Origin: Candidatus Krumholzibacteriia bacterium
Lineage (GTDB): Bacteria; Krumholzibacteriota; Krumholzibacteriia; WVZY01
Direction: 5' to 3'
DNA length: 14,472 nt
Assembly: GCA_036478295.1 (NCBI GenBank)
Contig: JAZGDW010000213.1
Coordinates: 1 to 14,472, forward strand
Shown: positions 7,607 through 14,472 of the stretch, piece by piece
Position numbering within the stretch: position 1 is the stretch's first letter
Layout of the letters: every line of letters starts with the position of its first letter
Made by a program: the position numbers and the translations under genes
The notes under the pieces: model-generated
What the model saw: the letters and a program-made list of their open reading frames with translations, nothing else
The model's database searches: none
Told to the model about the DNA's origin: nothing

Positions 7607-8855
7607 CACCGAGAAAACGATCCGCGTTCCACCCGAAGTCCAGGTAGATTTTTTCGGGCCCGCGGAAATGCGGCCATATGACAATCTCGAGGAGGCTTTC
7701 GTCACCGCCTGTCACGAGCCGGTTGGGAACACGTCCGTGGATGACGTGGTGTCCGCGGACGGTACGGTGGTCGTCGTGGTGTCCGATTTGACCCGGGCCA
7801 AGGGTACGGAGGTGCTTTTGCCCCTGTGCATCGATTACATCGAGCGATTGGGTGTCGAGCGGGAATCGATGACGGTGCTGGTTGCCCGCGGCACTCACCG
7901 GCAGCTTACGAAAGAGGAGAAGGTGTTCCTGAAGTCCGGCGTGCTCGCCGGTGTTCGCATAGAAGAACACGACTGTGATGATCCGGAACGGCTGGCCGCT
8001 CTGATGCTGACCCGTCGCGGGACACCCATTCGCGTGAACAGCACGCTCAAACAAACCGACGCAATTATCCTTCTCTCCCCGGTGTCATTTCACTATTTCG
8101 CGGGGTTCGGCGGCGGTCGCAAGCTGGTGCTTCCTGGGTGTGCCGATCGTGCGGCGATCCTGGCCAACCATCGCTTGAGCCTGACCGATGACCAACCCGT
8201 CAGGATGCAGGCGGGCTGCTGGCCCGGACAGCTCGAGGGCAATCCCGTGCACGAGGATATGTGCGAGGCCGTCGAAGGCCTGCGCGGGGTCGTCAGTATG
8301 AACTTCTTCAGTGATTCCCAGGGAAACATCGTCTTCATCAATACAGGAGATTCGGTCAAGGCCCATCGAGTGGCGTGTGAAACCTTCAAGATGTCCCACC
8401 TCAGTCTGGTGGATGAGCCGTACGACCTCATGATACTTAGCGCGGGTGGACATCCGTACGATCTCAATCTCCTGCAGAGTCACAAGGCACTCCGCCACGC
8501 GGCGGGTGCGATGCAGGAAGGCGGGACGATTCTATATTACGCCAACTGTGGTGAGGGGGTCGGTTCGGAGAGCCTGGAGGCGGCCGTGCAGCAGAAAAGG
8601 GAGGATTTTCTCAGGACGGCGCATGAGAAATACGATTTGAACCACCAGACGGCGGTATCGTTACTCGACTTGACCAACAAACTGGAGATCGGAATGGTGT
8701 CGGCGATGAATGTCGACGTTCTCTTGTCGGCGGGCATCAAGCCCTGTGTAAACTCCGAGTCCTTCCTGGTGGAAGCCCTGGAAAAGCACGGGACATCGCG
8801 CATCGCGCTGGTTCCGGACGGGACCAATCTCCTGTTGCAGCAGAAAGTGGGGTGA
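7581..8855 (+). CDS. larA: LarA-family nickel-pincer-nucleotide-dependent 2-hydroxyacid racemase/epimerase (substrate unknown)
   Basis: N-terminal IRVPYG, SDLTR, GTHR, EHDCDD, HYFAGFGGGRK, ANH, GNPVHEDM, GGHPYDLNLLQSHKAL. ATG 7581 overlaps the arcC end by 26 nt. The symbol denotes the family only; lactate specificity is not established. Confidence 0.88.
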   Translation: MEIRVPYGNTEKTIRVPPEVQVDFFGPAEMRPYDNLEEAFVTACHEPVGNTSVDDVVSADGTVVVVVSDLTRAKGTEVLLPLCIDYIERLGVERESMTVLVARGTHRQLTKEEKVFLKSGVLAGVRIEEHDCDDPERLAALMLTRRGTPIRVNSTLKQTDAIILLSPVSFHYFAGFGGGRKLVLPGCADRAAILANHRLSLTDDQPVRMQAGCWPGQLEGNPVHEDMCEAVEGLRGVVSMNFFSDSQGNIVFINTGDSVKAHRVACETFKMSHLSLVDEPYDLMILSAGGHPYDLNLLQSHKALRHAAGAMQEGGTILYYANCGEGVGSESLEAAVQQKREDFLRTAHEKYDLNHQTAVSLLDLTNKLEIGMVSAMNVDVLLSAGIKPCVNSESFLVEALEKHGTSRIALVPDGTNLLLQQKVG

Positions 8856-8859
8856 ACGA

Positions 8860-10122
8860 TTGATAGTCCTGATCGTTGGGGGTGGTGGAAGGGAGCACGC
8901 GCTCGCGTGGGCGGTAACGAAATCTCCCTCGCTGGAGCGGCTCTACGTGGCTCCCGGTAACGGCGGCACTGCGGCATTGGCGGAGAACGTTCCCATTGCC
9001 GCCGACGATGTCGACGCGCTGTGCGCGTTCGCCGAGAAGAACAGAGTAGACCTCACCGTTGTGGGACCGGAGGCACCCCTTGTCGCCGGTATCGTGGATC
9101 GGTTCGAAGAGGCGGGCATGCAGTGTTTCGGCCCACGGCGCGGCGCCGCCCGGCTCGAGGGCAGCAAAGTGTTCGCCAAGGAATTCATGAAGAAATACGG
9201 TATCCCCACGGCCGACTTTGCTGTGTGCGATGAAACCAAGGCCGCCAAACAACAGGTGAGAGCGCTGGGACCGCCCGTGGTGATCAAGGCAGACGGGCTG
9301 GCCGCGGGCAAGGGCGTTGTTGTGGCGCGGACCACCGAAGAGGCAGACGCGGCGATAGAGGAAATCATGGTACGGCGCAAGTTCGGCGACAGCGGCCGGC
9401 GGGTGATCGTCGAGGAATGCCTGCAGGGGGAGGAAGTTTCCGTGCATTCGATCTGCAGTGGTGGGCGCGCGGTACTGTTTCCCACCTCCCAGGACCACAA
9501 GCGCGCGTTCGACGGCGACGAAGGACCGAACACAGGTGGCATGGGGGCCTACGCTCCCGTTCCATTCGTGGACGCGGAGACACGACAGGTAGTATTCGAC
9601 TCGATAATAATGGCTACGCTCGACGGGATGGAGCGGGAGGGCAACGCTTTTTCCGGCGTTTTGTACGCGGGGTTGATGATGACGCCGGCCGGACCAAAAG
9701 TACTCGAGTTCAACGTCCGCTTCGGCGATCCCGAAACACAAGTCCTGCTGCCGCTGCTCAAGAGTGATTTGCTCCTCCTTCTTCACCGGTCGGCGGGTGG
9801 GTCACTTCCGCAGGAAATCGAGTTTTACACGGGCCGTTGCGCGGCGACGGTTGTCATGGCAGCAAACGGCTACCCCGGACAGTACGACAGGGGCGGTGTG
9901 ATCAAAGGTACCGGGGCGTCGAATAGTGAGGACACAGTTGTTTTTCACGCGGGCACCGAGCAGACGGCGGAGGGACTCGTTACCGCCGGCGGCCGGGTGG
10001 TCGCCGTGTCGGCCTGGGCCGGCGATCTGAAGCGGGCGATCGCCCGGGCGTACGAGGGCGTGGCAATGATAACCTTCGACGGAGCTCGCTGGCGTGAGGA
10101 CATTGGTCACAAGGCGCTATAA
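8860..10122 (+). CDS. purD: Phosphoribosylamine--glycine ligase (GAR synthetase)
   Basis: GGGGREHALAW, APGNGG, VVGPEAPL, LEGSKVFAK, VIKADGLAAGKGV, QDHKR, GPNTGGMGAY, LEFNVRFGDPETQ, FHAGT, GGRV, REDIG. TTG start 4 nt after the larA stop. Confidence 0.97.
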   Translation: MIVLIVGGGGREHALAWAVTKSPSLERLYVAPGNGGTAALAENVPIAADDVDALCAFAEKNRVDLTVVGPEAPLVAGIVDRFEEAGMQCFGPRRGAARLEGSKVFAKEFMKKYGIPTADFAVCDETKAAKQQVRALGPPVVIKADGLAAGKGVVVARTTEEADAAIEEIMVRRKFGDSGRRVIVEECLQGEEVSVHSICSGGRAVLFPTSQDHKRAFDGDEGPNTGGMGAYAPVPFVDAETRQVVFDSIIMATLDGMEREGNAFSGVLYAGLMMTPAGPKVLEFNVRFGDPETQVLLPLLKSDLLLLLHRSAGGSLPQEIEFYTGRCAATVVMAANGYPGQYDRGGVIKGTGASNSEDTVVFHAGTEQTAEGLVTAGGRVVAVSAWAGDLKRAIARAYEGVAMITFDGARWREDIGHKAL

Positions 10123-10145
10123 TAAATTGTTGAGACGAACGGATT

Positions 10146-10227
10146 GTCGCGCCGCCGCTTGCCAGCGGTGCAGCGACCGGCGGTTACAGCGGGTGACGCA
10201 AGACACCGCGGCGTGGGCCGCTAGCAT
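10146..10227 (+). promoter_or_regulatory. Candidate structured leader RNA upstream of purE (motif copy 2)
   Basis: Hairpin 10146-10177, GACCGGCGG at 10175-10183, GCAA-capped hairpin 10189-10209, and a 3-bp stem with 9-nt loop GGCCGCUAG (10213-10227). TATAAT lies at 10118-10123 and SD GAGGTGA at 10232-10238. Confidence 0.35.
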
Positions 10228-10247
10228 CGACGAGGTGATACGACGGA

Positions 10248-10715
10248 ATGAATAAGAAAACCGTGGTCAGCGTGCTGATGGGCAGCAAGAGCGACGACGC
10301 GCATCTGAAACCGACCTTCGAACTGCTTGACGAGTTCGGCGTCGATTGGGAAAAACAGGTGCTCTCCGCGCACCGCAATCCCGACAAGCTGCGCGCGTAC
10401 CTGAACGAGGCGGAAGGCCGGGGAATCCGGGTGTTCATCGCCGCCGCCGGTCTCAGCGCAGCATTGGCCGGTGTAGTTGCCGCCCACAGCCTGCGGCCGG
10501 TCATCGGCGTCCCCGTACCGGGCGGGCCGTTGCAGGGGGTGGACGCGCTCCTGTCGATGGTGCAAATGCCGAGCGGCGTGCCGGTGGCAACGGTGGGCGT
10601 GGGCTCCCACGGCGCCCGCAACGCGGCGATCCTCGCACTACAGATTCTTTCCCTCTCCGATGACGCGGCGCTACGGACCCTGCGCCAGTACCGTGAACGG
10701 ATGAATTCCGGCTAA
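10248..10715 (+). CDS. purE: N5-carboxyaminoimidazole ribonucleotide mutase / AIR carboxylase
   Basis: LMGSKSD, SAHR, PVIGVP, GVDALLSMVQMPSGVPVATV, GARNAAILALQIL. SD GAGGTGA upstream. Follows purD. Confidence 0.95.
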   Translation: MNKKTVVSVLMGSKSDDAHLKPTFELLDEFGVDWEKQVLSAHRNPDKLRAYLNEAEGRGIRVFIAAAGLSAALAGVVAAHSLRPVIGVPVPGGPLQGVDALLSMVQMPSGVPVATVGVGSHGARNAAILALQILSLSDDAALRTLRQYRERMNSG

Positions 10716-10742
10716 ACCGTCCACGGCAACGTGGGGGCATGG

Positions 10743-11348
10743 ATGAAACGAATCCGTAAAGTGCACCGGGACAGCGACCGGCGGGCGGCGGAGGCGCTGG
10801 CGGCCGGCGAATTGGTCGTCCTTCCTACCGACACCCTCTATGGTTTCAGCGTGCCTCTTGGCAGCAAAACGGGACGCTCTGGCATTCTCCGATTGAAAGG
10901 AGAAGACGAGAGGCGGTTCCTCTACGTTGCCTCGAGTGTGGACATGGTCGAGCACCACATCGCTTCATGGGGATGCAGTTCCAGTGAGGAAATGGGGAGA
11001 CACTGGCCGGCGCCGCTCAGTGCCATCTTCGAGGCGGCAGAAGTCTGTCCATCCTGGATCGGAGATACAATCGCACTGCGGGTGCCGGATGACGAATGGC
11101 TGAGACGGGTGATAGACCGCGTGGGCGAGCCGCTGTTATCCACCAGTGTCAACGTCGCGGGGGCGTTGCCACTCCACGACGCGGACGAAATAGACAGGTT
11201 GTTTGGTCCCGATGTGGAGTTGGTGGTCGTTGCAGATCGGCCCCTGCAGGAAAGGTCATCCACCGTCGTAGACCTGACCGGAAGATCGCCGCGGGTGATT
11301 CGCCGCGGCGCCTATGCCTGGCCCGCCGGGGAGAATCCCTCGAAGTGA
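10743..11348 (+). CDS. tsaC: Sua5/YciO/YrdC-family protein (L-threonylcarbamoyladenylate synthase-like, single domain)
   Basis: VVLPTDTLYG, WPAPLS, TIALRVP, PLLSTSVNVAG, SSTVVDL, IRRGA. ATG 10743 (alternative GTG 10731). The KxR motif is degenerate, so TsaC activity is not certain. Confidence 0.8.
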   Translation: MKRIRKVHRDSDRRAAEALAAGELVVLPTDTLYGFSVPLGSKTGRSGILRLKGEDERRFLYVASSVDMVEHHIASWGCSSSEEMGRHWPAPLSAIFEAAEVCPSWIGDTIALRVPDDEWLRRVIDRVGEPLLSTSVNVAGALPLHDADEIDRLFGPDVELVVVADRPLQERSSTVVDLTGRSPRVIRRGAYAWPAGENPSK

Positions 11349-12172
11349 CGATCTTTGTAGGCCTCGCACCTCGAGCAGAGCAGGATCTCACTGCGCCGCC
11401 CTTCGGCGAGCAGCGAACGAAAGTGGCCATTGATCGCTCCGTTCCAGATATCGAGCACGTGCTGCTTGTTCACGTCGCCTATCACGGCCCGCTCGTGAGA
11501 ATCCCAGCAACACAGCGTAGCCTTGCCGTTGACGTAGAAGAACATTTCACGCAGCACCTTGACACACGGCAGGGCCACGCAGGTCACGCCGGGTTCCCAC
11601 GGCCACTTGTAGAACGAGGTGATGATGGGGATGGCACCGGCGTCTTTCCAGAATTTGAGATAGGCATCATGCTCGTGCCGGTTGGCCTCTATGTCGATCA
11701 TGCGTACTTCGATGCGGGAGGCGCCGCCTTTTTTTCGCGCCATCCGGATGAACTTGAGTGTGCAGTCTACGGTTCGCTCGAAATCGACACCGACGCGGGA
11801 TACCGAAAAAGATTCCTCGGAAAAACCGTCGATTGAGAAACGAATCACGTCAATGCCGGCGTCGAGAATCTCTTCGGCCATCTGCTCGGACATCAACTCG
11901 CCGTTCGTATTGATTTCGATCGTGGCCGTATCATCCTTCCGGATGTAGCGCATGATCTTGCCCATGCGTTTGTCCGACAGAGGCTCGTTGATCAAGAACG
12001 GCCGGTAGTTGACGCCCAACCCCCGCGTCTCGTCGACGATCTTCATCCAGATTTCATCCGCCATCCGGTGAGGTGTGCGACGCAGGGACTTTTGCGGGCA
12101 AAACGGGCACTCGGCGTTGCACGCCACGTTGGTTTCGATCTGAATGATTTCGGGATGAGAAGCTCTTATCAT
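11312..12172 (-). CDS. Radical SAM protein with Twitch/SPASM auxiliary-cluster domain (BtrN-like architecture)
   Basis: CNAECPFC (CxxxCxxC), NEPL, INTNG, IRFSIDG. C-terminal PC-x17-CC..IGDV..DIWNG..CSRC. The start overlaps the waaA stop (TAATG). Confidence 0.9.
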   Translation of the reverse strand: MIRASHPEIIQIETNVACNAECPFCPQKSLRRTPHRMADEIWMKIVDETRGLGVNYRPFLINEPLSDKRMGKIMRYIRKDDTATIEINTNGELMSEQMAEEILDAGIDVIRFSIDGFSEESFSVSRVGVDFERTVDCTLKFIRMARKKGGASRIEVRMIDIEANRHEHDAYLKFWKDAGAIPIITSFYKWPWEPGVTCVALPCVKVLREMFFYVNGKATLCCWDSHERAVIGDVNKQHVLDIWNGAINGHFRSLLAEGRRSEILLCSRCEAYKDRHFEGFSPAGQA

Positions 12173-13506
12173 TATTCAACCTGTCCCGCTGACGCCTGCG
12201 CTCCCGCGGTATCGATGAAGTTCGTTATGGTTTCCATGCATCGGTGGGTCGCACCGCACTGGGATTCAACGTACAAGCGGGCGCGGTTGCCCATCGCAAT
12301 TCTCGCGTCGGGGTTCCGGACCAGCGAGGTGAGAGCGTTACATATTTCCTCGGCGTTGTGAAGCGAGAAGGCGGCTTCGTTCTCCAGAAGCCGGATGGCC
12401 TCGAACGAGTTCTTGTGGGCGGGACCGAATAGCACCGGAATCCCCATGACCGCGGGCTCGATTACGCTGTGCACCCCAGTCGAGAAACTGCCGCCGATGT
12501 AGGCGATGTCGGCGATCGAATACGCCTCCGCCAGCACCCCCACCGTATCGATGATGAGAGCCTGATTGCGGTCCGCGGCCGGCGACAAGGTGCTCCGCTC
12601 ATTCCATGTCGCCGTTTGCAGGCCCCGAGACTCCGCCCATTCCCTGAGCCCGGTCACTCGCTCCCGGCTGGGTTCGTGGGGCGCGATTATCAACAACAAG
12701 TCTTTTTCCGCGGCGGCCAGCCTCGACAGTGCGGGCAGGAGACGTGACTCGTCTTTCGGCCAGGTGCTACCGGCCAGTACCACGGTGCGGCGGCCCTTTT
12801 CCATTGCCGGTCGCCGGTGGTTACGCTTGCGTTCAATGACCCGGTCGAAGCGGGTGTCGCCGGCAATCGAGATGCCGCGGTGGTCAGGTACGCACGCGGA
12901 GAAGCGGAGGGCATCCGGCTCGGAGATGGCCAGGATGCGGTCCAGGTCGTTGTACACGGATCGGTAGAAGCGCCTCCCGAGCGTCGTGAGACGATATGAA
13001 CCCCGACTCAGGGTTGCATCGATGAGAATCGACGGGGTGCCTCGCTCCCGGGCTTCCCAGATCAGATTCGGCCACAGATCGAATTTAACGAAAACCAGCA
13101 ACCTCGGATCCAGCGTCGCCAGACAAAAACGGGCGTTGCTCCTCGAATCGAGCGGCAGGTAGTCGATGAACTTGACGTTGCCTGTGCGCCGCTCCTTGCC
13201 CGTCGCGTAACTGAATCCCGACGGTGACGAAAACGTGAGTACCACCGGAATCTCGGGAAAGCGACTCTCCAGACTACCGATAACCGGGCGGGCCTGCTCG
13301 TACTCGCCGACACTCGAAACGTGAAACCATATCGGTCTGCCGTCTATTCGCCGTGCCTGTTCGGACCAGCGTCTGCGGATATTCTTGCGGCCGTCGTGGA
13401 AGAGGCGGAGTTTCGGATGCAAGCGGGCCGCCGCCGGGAAAAGGCCGTACACCACCGGCATCACAAACCCGTTGTACACTATTCTCTGCATCGCATGGTG
13501 TCGCAT
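12172..13506 (-). CDS. waaA: 3-deoxy-D-manno-octulosonic acid (Kdo) transferase
   Basis: IWFHVSSVGE, YLPLD, DLWPNL, GDTRFD, LAGSTW, IIAPHE, IDTVGVLAEAY..IAYIGGSF, HSVIEPA..FGP. Alternative start ATG 13491. Confidence 0.93.
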   Translation of the reverse strand: MRHHAMQRIVYNGFVMPVVYGLFPAAARLHPKLRLFHDGRKNIRRRWSEQARRIDGRPIWFHVSSVGEYEQARPVIGSLESRFPEIPVVLTFSSPSGFSYATGKERRTGNVKFIDYLPLDSRSNARFCLATLDPRLLVFVKFDLWPNLIWEARERGTPSILIDATLSRGSYRLTTLGRRFYRSVYNDLDRILAISEPDALRFSACVPDHRGISIAGDTRFDRVIERKRNHRRPAMEKGRRTVVLAGSTWPKDESRLLPALSRLAAAEKDLLLIIAPHEPSRERVTGLREWAESRGLQTATWNERSTLSPAADRNQALIIDTVGVLAEAYSIADIAYIGGSFSTGVHSVIEPAVMGIPVLFGPAHKNSFEAIRLLENEAAFSLHNAEEICNALTSLVRNPDARIAMGNRARLYVESQCGATHRCMETITNFIDTAGAQASAGQVE

Positions 13507-13521
13507 GTCGTCACCGCCGCG

Positions 13522-14472
13522 CTACTGGACAACGTACCGTTGGTTGTTGCGTCCCGCCACCAGATCGGCAAATGCCGCCGCCACCGGCTCGACAGGGATC
13601 GCGGTCAGGCATTCCTGTGTGCCTTTGGGGCACCGCCGCGATCCGTTTCGCGAGCAGGGCCGGCACGAAATGTTGCGTTCGATAACCCGGCTCGCCGCCA
13701 GCGATGGATAGTATCCGAATGCTTCTACCGTCGGCCCGAACAGCGCGATTACCGGCACACCGACCGCCTCCGCGAGATGCATGAGCCCGGAGTCGTTACC
13801 GATGAAGGCCGCCGCCCCCCGGATGACGGCTGCGGCTTCCATGATACTCGTCTTGCCGGCGAGGTTTGTGACCCTGCCCTCCAGCCGCGCGGCGATGCGC
13901 TCGATCGACGCGCTGTCCCGCGCGTCGCCCACCAACACGATATGGTAATCGTGTTCATTCGCGATGTTCTCGGCGAGTGTCGCGAATTTTTCTGCGCTCC
14001 ATTGCTTCATCGGCCACCGGCTGCCGGGGGCGATGATCACGCGTTTCGCCGGCAACTCGTGGCGGTCCATCCGGGCCGCCGCCCCCTCCGGCACCGTGAT
14101 ACCGCCGGCTGTATCTATTCGCTCGGGCAAACCGAACGGCCTTCCCAATTCGCTGTAGCGCTCACTCATGGTCGGAAGCCTCATACGATGCTTGAACCAG
14201 ATCATTCCGAGGCGCCTGCGGTAGAACTTGCGGATGGTCGCGGCAGCTCCGCCGAGGCCGCGTGCAACGAGGCGGCTCCGCACCGTATTGTGCGCGTCGA
14301 TCACAGCGTGATCCTCGTGACGGTGGCCGCCGATGAGTTGGCGTACACCCCGCCACCCCGATCTCCGGTCAAGCGCGATCACACTGTCCACGCCGGTGGC
14401 CGCGGCAAAGACCTCGACGAACTCCCTGCCGGTGACGACCGACACCTCTGCGGCACCCTGCGCCTTCAGGTG
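13522..14472 (-). CDS. Glycosyltransferase family 9, LPS heptosyltransferase (WaaF/WaaC-like); 5'-truncated by window edge
   Basis: APGSRWPMKQW, NLAGKTSIMEAAAVI, GNDSGLMHLAEAVGVPVIALFGPT, C-terminal CRPC..C..C. The frame stays open to base 14472 (HLKAQGAAEV...). Directly upstream of waaA. Confidence 0.9.
   Translation of the reverse strand, partial: HLKAQGAAEVSVVTGREFVEVFAAATGVDSVIALDRRSGWRGVRQLIGGHRHEDHAVIDAHNTVRSRLVARGLGGAAATIRKFYRRRLGMIWFKHRMRLPTMSERYSELGRPFGLPERIDTAGGITVPEGAAARMDRHELPAKRVIIAPGSRWPMKQWSAEKFATLAENIANEHDYHIVLVGDARDSASIERIAARLEGRVTNLAGKTSIMEAAAVIRGAAAFIGNDSGLMHLAEAVGVPVIALFGPTVEAFGYYPSLAASRVIERNISCRPCSRNGSRRCPKGTQECLTAIPVEPVAAAFADLVAGRNNQRYVVQ

Noticed and set aside
8737..9786. 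Long antisense ORF (349 aa) and similar shadow ORFs (e.g. 5194-5952, 6004-6846, 11096-11836)
   Set aside because: They lie opposite well-conserved genes, lack recognisable motifs, and are expected from GC-rich codon bias.
10248..10715. Reading the PurE-fold gene as larB because of the nearby larA
   Set aside because: It has PurE signatures (MGSKSD, SAHR, QMPSGVPV), is only 155 aa, lacks the LarB N-terminal domain and follows purD.
10171..10784. 13-nt direct repeat CAGCGACCGGCGG at 10171-10183 and 10772-10784
   Set aside because: One 13-mer match in 14 kb of GC-rich DNA is expected by chance, and the second copy is in coding sequence without the downstream loop motif.

Overview
GC-rich bacterial chromosomal DNA from a Gram-negative, probably FCB-group-like organism (inferred from the FlgD-Ig-tailed secreted protein and the WaaA motif style). 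It is densely coding, with no tRNA, rRNA, CRISPR array or mobile element that I can support. There are three blocks. (1) + strand envelope genes: the 3' part of a membrane-anchored protein with a GATase-like domain, then a sigma70-type promoter and three overlapping genes encoding a secreted double lamin-tail-domain/CARDB/FlgD-Ig protein, a small putative outer-membrane beta-barrel and a lipobox-bearing putative beta-barrel. (2) A + strand operon behind a near-consensus sigma70 promoter: class I/II PLP aminotransferase, carbamate kinase (arcC), LarA-family racemase/epimerase, purD, purE, and a TsaC/YrdC-family gene. (3) A convergent - strand LPS operon: GT9 heptosyltransferase (5'-truncated), waaA, and a translationally coupled radical SAM/Twitch enzyme. 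The most notable observation is a candidate undescribed cis-regulatory RNA motif present twice, in the leaders of the aminotransferase and of purE. Both copies read GACCGGCGG-N32-RGCCGYYAG, have identical internal spacing, lie at nearly the same distance from a -10 box, and partly resemble the ZTP riboswitch. Also notable are a BtrN-like radical SAM enzyme coupled to waaA and active-site variants in PurE, TsaC and LarA. All family calls come from motif recognition by eye; no searches were run.
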